NCBI GenBank assembly: GCA_031423995.1
Contig: JANPGO010000007.1
Coordinates: 1-50,037, forward strand
Length of the DNA: 50,037 bases
Direction: 5' to 3'
Source: Candidatus Altimarinota bacterium
GTDB lineage: Bacteria > Patescibacteriota > Gracilibacteria > BD1-5 > UBA2023
In this document: positions 21,763 to 33,578 of the stretch, piece after piece
Layout of the letters: each line of letters starts with the position of its first letter
Position numbering within the stretch: position 1 is the first letter of the stretch
Made by a program: the position numbers and the translations under genes
The notes under the pieces: model-generated
The model's input: the letters and a program-made list of their open reading frames with translations, nothing else
What the model was told of the DNA's origin: nothing
Databases searched by the model: none

Positions 21763-23121
21763 CTACTTCGTGAATTGGTGAAAAAACTGCTCTTTCTTTC
21801 GCATCCACTCATCACTCTGACGACAAAGGAGATGAGAATCCTCGGTATGAGCAATGAATTTTTTGATCCCTTCTTCCAGAAAGATCGTATTCTGACTCCC
21901 TTTCACATAGATAATCGTTGGAGTTATCTCACCTTCAGAAAGGAGTTTCTCGATAGATTTGCCCATATCTCGACTCGAGAGCGAATATTCAGTAGGATAA
22001 TGCTCGGAAAGAAGTGGATAAACATGTTCATGCATAAGTGGTCAAACGAGGAAAAATCGTATATCATGATATGTCCGTACATGTTCGATGATGAATGTTG
22101 CAAGGTTCATATGGAGGTTTTTTGCCTCTGTTCCGAGTTCTCGCATATCTCCAAGGAGACAGAAGATTCGATGTGTGGCAGAAAATGGAAGGATCGATTC
22201 AATCCCCCGACAGAGTGACTCGTACCCACCGTTGTAACTCCCATCGATGATGACCGATTGTTTTTTGCCCTCAAGAATTGATGATCTTCCTGCCTCTGGG
22301 ACAAATTTCTTTGAACATTTCTCAATATGAAGCGGATCAATCCCGAGGAGAAAAGCGATTCCGAAAACAGGGAGTACGTTTTCTACCTGATATCATCAGA
22401 ATGCGGGGAGAGAAATAGAGTAGGTTGTCTCCTTGAGGTGTACCTGGGCATCTACTCAAGAAATTGCCATATGCATATGTGAGGCGTCTATATCAGACAT
22501 TCCTCCCATACTATAGTAGAGAGCGTCTCGATCGATATATTGTCTCAGTCCTTCATAGACAATAAGTCGCTTCGAATGCTTTGCAAGGAGGAGTTTCGCA
22601 TTTCTATAGGACTCGAATGTTCAGAATTGTTCGATATGGTTTGGTGCAACCGGCGAGATGATACCAATATCTGGATGCGCGATGGAAAGAAGGAACTCCA
22701 TCTCACCTGGTCGATCGATTCCATATTCGAGAACCAGATATGGAGGATACGATCGAAATAGTCGACTGACTGCGACGAGAAATACCCACATCCAGAGGAA
22801 TGGATTTTTTCCACCAGTCCTCACTCCAATAATCGAGAGTGGGAGCCCGAATTCTCCATTATAGTGATACGGTGAGATCATCACTTCTTTCTCCCCGAAT
22901 TCCTGTTTCAAGAACGTAGCAATATGGGCTGTGATTGTTGTTTTTCCAACTGTCCCTGTCACTCCAATAATAAATGGCTTCTTGATACGGATGAGAGATC
23001 GAGCAAAAAAACCGAGAACAAAGAGAAACATAGTGGAAAATACAATCTCGGCAAATAGTAGGAAAATCGAGGAAGAAATCAAGAAAAAAACTTTCCTCGG
23101 GTCTCTGATTTTCATTTGCAT
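21763..23121 (-). CDS. murF: Mur ligase, most like UDP-MurNAc-tripeptide--D-Ala-D-Ala ligase
   Basis: IIGVTGTVGKTT, YNGEFGLPLSIIG, VLEYGIDRPGEM, IIDGSYNGG, LLGDMRELG. Frame joined across 5 TGA codons to TAG at 21763-21765. Start is ATG 23121 or 23115. The longer track ORF reaching 23478 is an artefactual N-terminal extension. Confidence 0.75.
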
Positions 23122-23169
23122 AAAGAGAAAACTTCTATACAATTTCTTTATATTTTTTCCCATACACCT

Positions 23170-23547
23170 ATGGCTCAAGTGATTCGCAATGATTTTACCT
23201 TTACCATTTTGGATGAGATCCAGGCAAAGTATCCAGAACTCGTCGATCTTGTTCTCGGCAGTGAGTCGATAGACAACAATGAGAAACAATACTGGTTCGA
23301 TATCATGCCTTCTATGACAGATGAGCAGGTAGATAGGCTCTTCAATATTCTCATGACTGAGCGCCGTCAACTCGAGGAGCTCAATATCAAGTATCAGGAA
23401 GAGATTAAAACGCTCAATGAGAAACACCTCATCCAGTGGCAGAGTCTCCAATCCCAAAAGGCAAAAGAAAAAGTGCAAGAAGCGGAAAAATCTGATCGTT
23501 CAAAACAAGATGCAGATGATGCACTTGGACTCCTTCAGAGTATATAA
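23170..23547 (+). CDS. Small coiled-coil protein of unknown function (125 aa)
   Basis: ATG 23170 opens MAQVIRNDFTF... The protein contains YWFDIMPSMTDEQVDRLFNILMTERRQLEELN. It is divergent from murF. Confidence 0.6.
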   Translation: MAQVIRNDFTFTILDEIQAKYPELVDLVLGSESIDNNEKQYWFDIMPSMTDEQVDRLFNILMTERRQLEELNIKYQEEIKTLNEKHLIQWQSLQSQKAKEKVQEAEKSDRSKQDADDALGLLQSI

Positions 23548-23620
23548 TTATTTCTTCAGAGGACTATTTTGGTCAGATTAACTTTCTGAATAGTATTCAA
23601 TCACCTCAATACGTTTTTCA

Positions 23621-25546
23621 ATGAGTTCTCACTATTCTTTCGACATCATACGGCACAAGAATCCAGAGAGTAAGGTTCTCATCAGATCACATGTTCTCCA
23701 TCCGCATAGTGATATCACAATCATCTGTATTATCAGTGCTGAAAGAGAAAATGTTGTGAGCGTCCTCGAAGACCATCTTCTCGAATCAGTCTCATCTACG
23801 GGTTGGAATGAGGGTGAAGAAAATGCTGACTTTTCATACGTCACTGAAAAATACAATCATTTTCTTGGAAATCTTGCACAATCAGACCTCATAGGAACAG
23901 GAGCACTTTTTGCAACACTTATTCGAGACAGTCTCATGGTCTCCACACTCTGATGAATGTGTGCAATCCTCTGTGAGAAGGATGGTGAGATCAGCATCGT
24001 TGCAGAGGAGCGAGATGAAGAAAAAGAATTTCAATCGATCTCGACAGGAACCATCCCTCACAAAGGAAATGTTTTCTTCTGTTCAAAGCCACTCAATGCA
24101 TTTCTGGGCGATGACTTCTTCGATGAATGCAGTCATATGAAAAGTGAGGTTTTTCGTGAAACGATCGAAGGACTTTTGATACGCGATCATCGAGATAGCC
24201 TCGATATCATACGCATTCTTCAGGAACATACCTCTCCTGAAAAGTGAACCTCACATATTACCCGATCAAGAAAAGTGAATCATCAGATCGATATTGCCCG
24301 ATGATACTTATTTGATATTTTTGAATCGCTTCTCCACAACCGAAAAATTGAGGTATTTTTCGAACGTATTCGTGTCTTCCTTGGAACAAAAAATAGTCAG
24401 ATACTTATATTTTTTCTCATTACTGGGGCGATTCTCTTTTTTCTCCTAATATCGGTACTTATCAAAGCGCTTTTTCAGGTGTCTAATAGTCCTCAAGTTG
24501 ATATAAAAAATCAGATTCTTGAAGCGCAGAATCTGATTGAACAGAGTCAAAAACTGACTTCAAACTCAGAAGCTTTCAATCAGAACATTCATACCGCTGA
24601 GAATATCCTCTTCAAGATTCGTGATAAGCAAGAGTACATGAAAGATACTCAAGAACTTCTTCAGAGAATCGAAGCAATGAAGAAAGAGATGTATGATATT
24701 CAGACTATTGATCTCAAGAAACGGACAAGCATATTGAAGTTTAACCCCCTTGATATATCACCCATTTGAATCTTTGAAATGGGTAATAAGTTGAATCTTA
24801 TAGGGAAAAATTCGGCAATTTTCGGATATATTCAGTGAAGTACTGTTCCGAATGCATCACCATATCCACCATGAGAAGAGGCTATAAGTGTTGATGTTAC
24901 TGACGATGGGAATTTTTACTTTCTCACAAAAAATAAACGAGTTCTCTCAACTAAGAGAAACGAGGTAACGTATGTCAGTGTCACTGGACAAGATTCATGG
25001 GAAAATGCAGAAAAAGTGAAAACATTTAATAATAATATTTATCTCGTTGATTCTGACTGATGACAGGTCTACAAGCATAAGCCTGGGGTGAACTGATTTT
25101 CTCAGAAAACTCCTGTACTTTCACGAACACTTTCTTGAATACTCGATATCGGAATCGACGGATGATTCTATGTTGTGACTGATGAACCTCGCATCTATCG
25201 AATGATTACAAAGGATGGATTCTCTCAGAGTGGCATCACTTTGAATAAAGTCCCCGGTGAGTATTCACTTGGGAATGAAGTTGCTTGAACTTCTTTGATT
25301 GTGAGACCGAATTTGAACTTTATCTACATTCTGAGCAAAGACAGAATATGGATATTTGAACCAGATTCTAAGCGGTTCCAAGATGTTCGATCATGGACAT
25401 ATGTAGCACAACTAGAGATATCAAGTGATGAGAATATTCGAAGTATCAGTATCCCTCGTGATGGACTTATCTATATAGTAACCAATCTCTGAGTTTACAG
25501 TATCCCATTTGATTTTATTGATAGAAATATAATTTTGAAAAATTAA
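23621..25546 (+). CDS. Single-pass membrane protein, 641 aa, function unknown
   Basis: Track ORFs 23621, 23957, 24479 and 25295 share one frame and are joined only by TGA codons (walked by hand). TM helix ILIFFLITGAILFFLLISVLIKALF near 24410-24480. C-terminal half is beta-rich. TAA at 25544-25546. Confidence 0.65.
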
Positions 25547-25547
25547 T

Positions 25548-26162
25548 ATGTTTCGTACTGAAGCTGTCATACTTTCTATACAGAGGATCCGAGATCATCA
25601 GACACGTATTATCATATTTTCGAAGGAGTATTGAAAGATATCCTGTTGGTACAAAAAAAATCTCACTGCTGATATCGGAAATATTGTACTGATAATTGTT
25701 GAGAGAAAATGAAGGGAGAATCATATTGAGTCTATTGAGCTCAAATCTTCAATTACAGGACAATTACAAAACTACTGAGAAGTACATCACTTTCTCGAAG
25801 TACTTCATTCACTCTATCAGTTTCTTCCTGAAGGCGAAGAGCAAAAGGATCTCTATAGTGATATTTCGAATTCTATATTGAATTTCTCATATCATGGAAT
25901 TAAAGAAAATCCTTTGAAGGAAATCAATTGAGTATGCAAAAGACAACTTTTCCTACTCATCCATATCCGAATCCTCAAACAACTTGGATTCTTGAATCAG
26001 TGACTCTTTGGAGGATCAGAAATACTGAACTACATCTATCACTATATCGAGAAGAAAACTCTAAAAGAGATTTTTGAGGGAAAAGTATTGGAGGCCGATC
26101 TTCTCGAAAGATTAACATCTATTATTCAGGAAACACTGTATAGATTTGAATACTCAACCTAG
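25548..26162 (+). CDS. recO: RecO-like DNA repair protein
   Basis: N-terminus MFRTEAVILSIQRIRDHQTRIIIFSKEY-G-KISCWYKK matches the RecO OB-fold start. The length (204 aa) and the C-terminal helical part fit RecO. Frame walked to TAG 26160-26162. Assignment by eye only. Confidence 0.5.
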
Positions 26163-26237
26163 CCATATTCGTGAGGAATATTCAAAATCTATAGAAAAAT
26201 AGATTCTCCACTCACTCTAAAATTATACTATTATCCA

Positions 26238-27212
26238 ATGACTCTTTCCACTGTTCTCATTTTTGTTACGATTATTTTTATACTTGGTACACTCTTTTGA
26301 AGTTTCTCAACTGTGCTTATAGAACGCTGGAAATATGGAAAATCAGGTATTGTGGCAGGAAGAAGCGAGTGTCCACTCTGTCACCATACACTCTCTGCAT
26401 GAGAATTGATACCTCTCTTTTCTTATATATTTCAATGAGGAAAATGTCGAGGATGCAAGAAGCATATATCATTCTGGTACCCTCTTACAGAGGTATTTTT
26501 CTGAATAATATTTCTTGTAATGTCATACATAAGTATATCGATGCACAATGAACTTATAAGCATAGCTACTCTTATCCTTCTCATACTCTGATTCATTACA
26601 GGAGTCTATATGCTCTATGATATTCGCTATACTGAAATTCCTGATCAGATACTTGTGCCTTGAATAGTATGATATAGTATACTTATCATACTATGATATT
26701 ATCTCTCCCCAGTTCGTTCCTATTTATTTTGAATTAATACGTATCAGAGTTATTCGGCTTTCATGATCGACCATTTTCGATGAGCAGTTCTCATATATTG
26801 ATTTTTCTATCTGCAGATTCTCATTCCAGGATGATGGCATCTCTTGAGGAAATGAAACATTCGAGCCTTTATAGAACTTCTTCTTTCATTTTTTGTGTTC
26901 CCATTTGAACTCATTCTTTCAATGTTTTTTAAAAAGAAGGATACTCCCTGAGAGTCTGGGGAAGACATTCCAGCATGGATAGGTTGAGGTGATTTGCGTG
27001 TAGCGCTCTTTATTGGACTCACCCTCTGAACTATTCATACACTGAGCACCTTATTTTTCGCCTATATAACAGGATCGATAGTATGAGTCGCTCTTATAAT
27101 TCAAAAAAGGAAATGATGAAATTCTCACATTGCATTCGGTCCATTTCTCTGAATAGGATGGATGATCTCTATGCTCTTATATATCAGTATTCTCAACTTT
27201 ATTTCCCTATAG
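26238..27212 (+). CDS. pilD: Prepilin (type IV leader) peptidase, A24 family
   Basis: Zinc-ribbon-like CPLCHHTL..GKCRGCKK in the N-terminal part, then WYPLTE. Two aspartate motifs: YDIRYTEIPD and G-TGA-GDLRVALFIGL. FGPFL near the C-terminus. About 8 hydrophobic segments. Frame walked by hand (22 TGA codons) to TAG 27210-27212. Confidence 0.85.
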
Positions 27213-27380
27213 ATTCTGTTTAGTAGAATATTGTTTAATAACACTATTCTACAATAACGTCAATTGTTTTTTCCTTTCAGGATCAGTTTTTTCTCGACAG
27301 ATAGAAAAAGAATTATATAATCAGCATCAAATCTTCCTTCGTAGGAGCGAATTTTTTCTATACATAATCTCGAAATACAC

Positions 27381-27905
27381 ATGGACGAACAAAAAATCAA
27401 GGCTCTTAGAGACCTTATCCATTCAGCACAAAACTCAATTCACTCAGCAAAAAAGATTCTCAACGCACTTCTTGGAGATGATGAAGACGATCTTTGACTC
27501 GATACTTCTGGACTCATGAACTATACTTCATGAGATGATCGCGTGGTAGAATGAGTATTCACGGGTGAATCCATGCTTGGATCTGATGGGAATATGTATC
27601 CAGTACCTCAGAACTACGCGTCAAAATCGCTTCTCGTCCAATGAAGCAAGCTTAAAGCGCTGATTCATCCGAATGGAAAAATCGTCTATAAAATTATTTG
27701 AGAGATTCCCTTTGAAACACTGGTGGGAATTATTACAAAAAATGGGGAGAAATATCAAATCGTTACAGATGCAAAAGCCTATAGTGTCCTACTTGCCGCA
27801 ATCACATTCCATCACTGTTCCGTTGGGGATACAGTGAGTATTCGAATTCCCGAAGGAAAAGATGCAACTTATGCTGTTATAGAGACAGTTATACCGAAAA
27901 AATAG
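27381..27905 (+). CDS. Conserved hypothetical protein (174 aa)
   Basis: Frame walked from ATG 27381 to TAG. Contains EGVFTGESMLGSDGNMYPVPQNYASKSLLVQG..LKALIHPNG. From memory this looks like an uncharacterised CPR protein family. Confidence 0.7.
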
Positions 27906-27937
27906 TCCAGATTTTATTCTCAACTTATCAATAGCCT

Positions 27938-29338
27938 ATGCGTTCCACCACTCATACTCGGAGTAGTAGAAGTGAATCTCCATTTTCATGGAATTGGCTC
28001 ATTGTTGTATGAATTATTGCTGGTATTTTCGGTCTAAATTGGCTTTTTTGATGATCATCATGAGGAAGTGTTGACAAGAGCAACTGACTTCTCGTTATCC
28101 CTGGATCCGGAAGTGAAGTCTATATCAAGCAGGCTCACGGTTCATCAAAACAAATTGAGTGAGAAGAGTCACTCTATACTACTGATGAATCCCTTTCGAT
28201 TATAAATGGCTTTGCTGAAATTCGTTCATCATTTTTGAACGGATTTCTCGATAAGTCATCTGAGCTTACCTACCTAGAACACCGAAATGACGGCGAAAAA
28301 ATTGATTTTATTCGAGGGAGGCTCTGGATTGAATCACATGGAAATACTTCCATTCAGATGAAAAACCTCGAAGCAACAGCCAAAAATGGCGACGTTATTA
28401 TGGTGGAACAACCAAATCAGATATTCAGTACACTCTATGTATTGAAGGGCAATATTTCTATTACAGCTGGTGGTGGAAATAGTTATACGCTGACTCCTGG
28501 TCGAAAAATTATGATATCAAAATCAGATCTTGCGAACCCTGGAACAACCCTTGATATGCTCAGTGGCCCAATAGATGATACTTTGAAGCAGAATCCACTT
28601 TTTATTCTTAGAAATGGTGGGACACTCCTTTCCGTTTGAACAGGCACTATGAGCCTCACTGGAAGAGTACTCAGTAGTACAGGTTCACTTTCTGGAAGCA
28701 TGATTCAAAATACATGAGGCAAATTTATAGAAATTACATCCCCTCTGGATGAATCCATTATAGCAACACAGACGCTTGAGGTTGTAGGGAAAATACTCTC
28801 AAAGGAAGTGAAACGAGTCACACTCAACGATATTGATGCAATCGTGAGTCCAGTTGACGCATCATTCTCACTCAGAGGAATGACACTCAATGGAGAGACA
28901 TTGAATCTTGTTTATAAGGCATATTCGAAAGATGCTACTCTCCTCGAAAAATGAGTTCTCACTCTCTATCCGAAAAATCATCAAACCTGAGCAGATAAGC
29001 TCACTCCAACGAATTTCCCGGTAAATGATAAAGATTATAAAATCACAAGTCCTCTCGAGAACCCTTATAGTACCACAGATGCAAATACTACTGTTCGCGG
29101 TATTGTTCCCAAGAATACTATACAGTATATCACGGTAAATAATTTCCGACTTAAGAAATTCATCCCGAATTCAACATCATGGTATTATTTTGCAAATATC
29201 AGTAATGACACACTCAAAGAAGGTATCAATCTCTACGAGATCGATTTCTATGGTCAAAATGATACTCTCCTCTATAAAAAACTCTTTACTATCGTGAAAG
29301 AGAAGAAATCTACAATATCTGGTGAGAATCCATTATAG
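27938..29338 (+). CDS. Membrane-anchored protein with a FecR-like beta-sandwich region (466 aa)
   Basis: ATG 27938. TM anchor WNWLIVVGIIAGIFGLNWLF. A segment with FecR-like alternation: FIRGRLWIESHG..VIMVEQPN..YVLKGNISITAGGG..LTPGRKIMIS. Frame walked to TAG 29336-29338. Confidence 0.65.
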
Positions 29339-29395
29339 AAATTACACAACCACCCTCGCTCTTATACTCTCTCAGCAAAAGAAGATACTTTCCCT

Positions 29396-30043
29396 ATGAA
29401 GAAAATTTGATTCATGCAATTCATCCGTTCCATTACAGGTTCAACCATGATTGAGCTTATGGCAGTACTTGCCATCATGGGTATGGGAATAGCATGACTT
29501 CTTGAAACGATATGATCTGGTATTTATTTTGCGAAGGATACAGAAAACAATATTAAAGCAATTAATCTTGCTCGTGAATGAATAGAGTGAGTTATCAATA
29601 TCCGAGATACCAATTGGCTACGATTCTCGGGTGATAGAGTGAACTGTTGGCGAACCAAGGATTATAATGGATGATGCATCAACGATAGTTCCTTTGTTTG
29701 ACTCATTGCCTCTGGATCATATACAATTTTTACTCGAAATGGGGCCTGGGTTCTCTCTGGAGCAACACAGATTGATCCGACTGCTAACTGGAATGGATAT
29801 GCAAATATGTACATGGTAGGTCTTGACAGTGGAGGATTTTTTACTCAGACAGGGGTAACCACAACACAATGATGTAGTAATCAAACACAGACTGGATGCT
29901 TAACTGTTTTCGCTCGTGAGATTTCTTTGACCGTAATCGGAACTGGTACAATGAACGTCAAAAGCATCATTCGATGGCAAGAGCGACGTCCGATGAGTGT
30001 GATTCTTGATACGACACTCACGAATTGGAAATCTAATTTCTAA
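29396..30043 (+). CDS. Prepilin-type N-terminal cleavage/methylation protein (minor-pilin/pseudopilin-like)
   Basis: Class III signal: ...RSITG|STMIELMAVLAIMGMGIAG, with Glu at +5 and a hydrophobic helix. 215 aa. TAA at 30041-30043. An alternative start is ATG 29414. Confidence 0.75.
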
Positions 30044-30077
30044 TATTTGCCAAGAAGAAACATATATGATATGCTTG

Positions 30078-30108
30078 ATCGGAATTACAAATATAAATTC
30101 CGATTTTT
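30078..30108 (+). terminator. AT-rich hairpin plus T-run directly before the next start codon (weak terminator or attenuator)
   Basis: atcggaatt (30078-30086) pairs with aattccgat (30096-30104). A tttt run follows, then ATG 30109. Confidence 0.4.
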
Positions 30109-31572
30109 ATGTCTTTCTCTCTTGGATGGCTCAGTCGTGGCATCATGTTCATATGGTTTTGTAACTGTATCATAGGAGCAGGCATAGCTGTACATGAAGT
30201 ATGGATTCCTTATATGAATGCTGGAAACGACTCATATACAAAGATTCAAAGTGATCCTTTTGATGGAACTGTCATGCCTATTGCGTATATCCCAGATTGG
30301 ACAAAATCAGAAAACCAAGATAAATCAAAGCGTTTTGAAGATATCAATATTAGCGAGTATATTCCTATACCCCAATATGATCCGATTGCACTCCTCGATA
30401 CCAAGAACTCAACAAAAGCTTCGACTATTCTTCACTATACGTATTTCACACCATATATGTGAAGCTATCGATTGAATTATAAGGAATTCGATGGAAGTCA
30501 TAATGCAATAGATATCAGAGTTCCCATTGGTACACCGGTACTCTCGATTGCAAATGGAATAGTGGTAAAAACTATTGAGGCTGATGGCTCTGGAGATAGA
30601 TTTATCGTCATTCGACATGATGGAGTCAATTTAGAAGGAAAAGTTCAGTCATTGTATTCATGCTACCTTCACCTTTCTGAGATCCTCATCCAAGAAGGAA
30701 CAAAGGTACGAAAAGGTGATATGATTGGTCGTACTGGCATGAGTGGTATCGCGACCACTCCACACCTTCATATACAGATAGATACAGCTGATGCTCCATT
30801 TCACCCATACTGGCCATTTACTTCTAGTGATTCTCGAGCCGCATGACTCGGGTTCTATGACTCAATCAATGCATGACTCGGAAAAGAAAATGCACTCAAA
30901 TATTCGATCAATCCAATGAGTTTTATAAATATGTATCTGGGTGGAACGACAGTTCCAACATTCTCAACTGCTCCAGTCACACAGTGAACAGAGGTAGTGA
31001 CCGATCAAGGAACTAAAACCATTGCATCCTATGTATCTGAGAATGATCCGTGTACCAAGAAACGGTACAATGATGTGGGAGAGACAAGTACTCTAGGGAA
31101 GATGCTCTACCCACTCGTTGATAAAAAGTGTCTTTTTCAAAAAACTGATCAGAGTTTCTCAAGCAAATGATATATTAGTCAGCGAGAAGCTATTACTAAT
31201 CTTATGAAGTTCTATGGTATAGTTCCTTCGAATGGAACGAGTCACTTTCTTGATATTCCTATCGGTGATGTCTTCCAAGGATATGCTCTTGTAGCCTATC
31301 GTCGTGGTTTGCTTGATGGGAACTATGCATATCCAGAAAAGATTCTCTCAAAATGAGAGTTTATCGAACTCCTCGTGAAAATTGCCCAGCCTGAGAAAAA
31401 TCCTTCACAGATTCGAATATATAACGATGTTGATCCGATGAATCCTCACTACAAGAGTGCTCAAGACTATTGATATATGGTCCGTGCTCGTGGTGGCAAG
31501 CTCTATACAGAGAATATCCTGACTCGCGCTAATATGGTACAGATGCTCGCAGCAATACAACAAAAAAAGTAG
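30109..31572 (+). CDS. Membrane-anchored M23 metallopeptidase with three SLH-like C-terminal repeats
   Basis: N-terminal TM (GIMFIWFCNCIIGAGIAV). M23 motifs HNAIDIRVPIGTPV, IVIRHDG, YCHLSEI, GMSGIATTPHLHIQID. Then three ~55-aa units of the type Y/F-x-D-(V/I)........G..........(S/T)(K/R).E....L. Frame walked to TAG 31570-31572. Confidence 0.8.
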
Positions 31573-31620
31573 ATTTTTCTCGAGAAATCTATACAGTACA
31601 GGCATTCTCAATTTTCTACT

Positions 31621-33024
31621 ATGGCAACAAAAAAGATACTCTTCTTCGTCCTAGCAGGTATACTCGGACTTGGTTTGATTTTTTCACTCTGGAAAATCAC
31701 TCACACTGAGCAATCAACTCAGTCTGGATCAACAGGATCACTCTCAATATGGATTGTCGGTGATACAACGATAGGATATGATACGCTCATTGAAGGATTT
31801 CGAACATATGCTCCAGAGTACAAGAAGACTACAATAGAATTCCGAAAATTTAGTGACTATGCATCCTATCAAAAGATTCTTCTGAGCACCCTTGCAGATG
31901 GAAAAGGTCCAGATATATTCATGGTAGACGCTGGTGCTGATGCCCTGCTTCAGAGTAAAGTAGAACCAATTCCAACATCACTGTTGCATATTTCCGACTT
32001 TGACAAACGATTTGAGGACCTTTTTCTCACTCTTATTGAGAGTTCTGGAACGACAGATGCTACGAATTCTTTTCTTCGTTGAGTTCCACTGTGATATGAA
32101 GCACTCGGAATGTTTTACAATAAATCTCTCCTCACACAGATTCCAAAAACCTGGAATGAAGTCAGTATGCTCTATACCGTGAATCCGACTGCTAATGTTT
32201 TCCCAACAAATATTGGTATGACTTCTCGGTATACACCTTATAGCCTTGATATCCTTTGACTTTTCTTGGTACAATCGTGAATCAGGGAATATAATATGCT
32301 TGATAAAGCTGAGAATACTTATGAGAATTTCTCTTCATTTGCAACGACTCCAATTCCATATACCAATTCAGAAGACTCAGGAATTCAGGATCAGTCTGGT
32401 TCATTCCAGTCTCTCTGGGATATGCAAAATTCGCTTTCTGAGAAAAAACTCACAACGATTGACCTCTTTATGCGATGAAAAATAGCATTTATTGTGGGAT
32501 ACCCGAGCCTCATACATGAGCTCGAGGACGCCAAGAAACGTGCATGAATTGAAGGAATAAAAAGTATCATTCTCACGGAAAAAATTCCTCAGTCATCATT
32601 CTCACAAAATTCTGTGAATCTGGCACGATATTCTTACTTTGGTATATCAAAATCTTCACAAAATGGGTCACTTTGAGTAAAATTCCTCGACTACCTTTTG
32701 ACAGAAGATGCGGAAAGAAGGTTCTTAAGTTCATTCCCAAACTATATTCCTGCACAGAGAAGTTTTTATGAAACTTCGAAATCAGTGTCTCTCTCAACTA
32801 TATTCTCTCGTGCTAAACTAGATAGTTTTATCCCTTGACCGTGAGAAGAACTACAGCTCTTTGATTATGGAAATAAAATCGAATTTGAAAAAATTCTCAC
32901 AGATAATATTGACAGAAATGGAAAAATAGATAAAGATAATATATCAAAAGTAGTAATATCCCAGATCTGATGTGAGGTACACTCTATCTCGGGTGATGGT
33001 CAAAAAGATGGTTGTGTAGAATAA
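31621..33024 (+). CDS. Extracellular solute-binding-protein-like protein (ABC SBP family 1-like), signal-anchored
   Basis: Signal anchor MATKKILFFVLAGILGLGLIF. SLSIWIVGDT, YAPEYKKTTIEFRKFSDYASYQKILLSTLADGKGPDIFMVDAG and GVPLGYEALGMFYNKSLL are typical of sugar-type SBPs. No permease or ATPase genes are adjacent. TAA at 33022-33024. Confidence 0.65.
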
Positions 33025-33092
33025 AGAAGAAAGTTGCATGTTTCTCTATCTTCTGCTACAATAATTTCGTTACTTTCGTTTATTCGTGAATT

Positions 33093-33521
33093 ATGATACT
33101 CTCTCCACGTCAAAAAAATATTATCATCCTCTTCTTTTCAAGTTTTTCACTGATTTCAGAAAAAACATTTGCCCTTTGTAGTGGTTGGTTCAACTTTGGT
33201 GATTGTGAGTTCAAAATACCTGTTGGATGCGAATCTAAAGACTGTCTCAAAGATTGAGTTGGTATTATTGGAAGAGTAATGAAAGGACTGACAAATAAGC
33301 CACTCTCAGAGTATGCCCAGGATGTGGTTCTGTATTTTCTCAGTTTTATCTCAATCATTGCCGTCATCTACATTATCTATGCTGGATTTCAGATACTCAT
33401 CGGTGGTGGCGATGAAGAGAAGATGAAAAAAGCAAAAAATATCATTCTTTATGTCATCGTGGGAATTATCGTCATGTGGCTTGCGTATGCTATAGTTGAG
33501 TGGATTATGAAGCTTCTCTAA
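33093..33521 (+). CDS. Small two-TM protein resembling TrbC/VirB2-type (conjugative or T4SS) pilins
   Basis: 142 aa. N-terminal leader and a Cys-rich stretch. Then two hydrophobic helices (VVLYFLSFISIIAVIYIIYAGFQILIGGG and IILYVIVGIIVMWLAYAIVEWI) separated by DEEKMKKAKN. That layout matches VirB2/TrbC-like pilins. Confidence 0.55.
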
Positions 33522-33578
33522 TTTTGGACTTCCATCATAAACTCCTTTTTTCAAAAAATTTCCGACACCGTATCACTT

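Noticed and set aside
23122-23478. N-terminal 119-aa extension of the Mur ligase ORF (track ORF 22621-23478)
   Set aside because: It overlaps the well-formed plus-strand gene 23170-23547. A Mur ligase does not need it. ATG 23121 or 23115 gives a sensible start.
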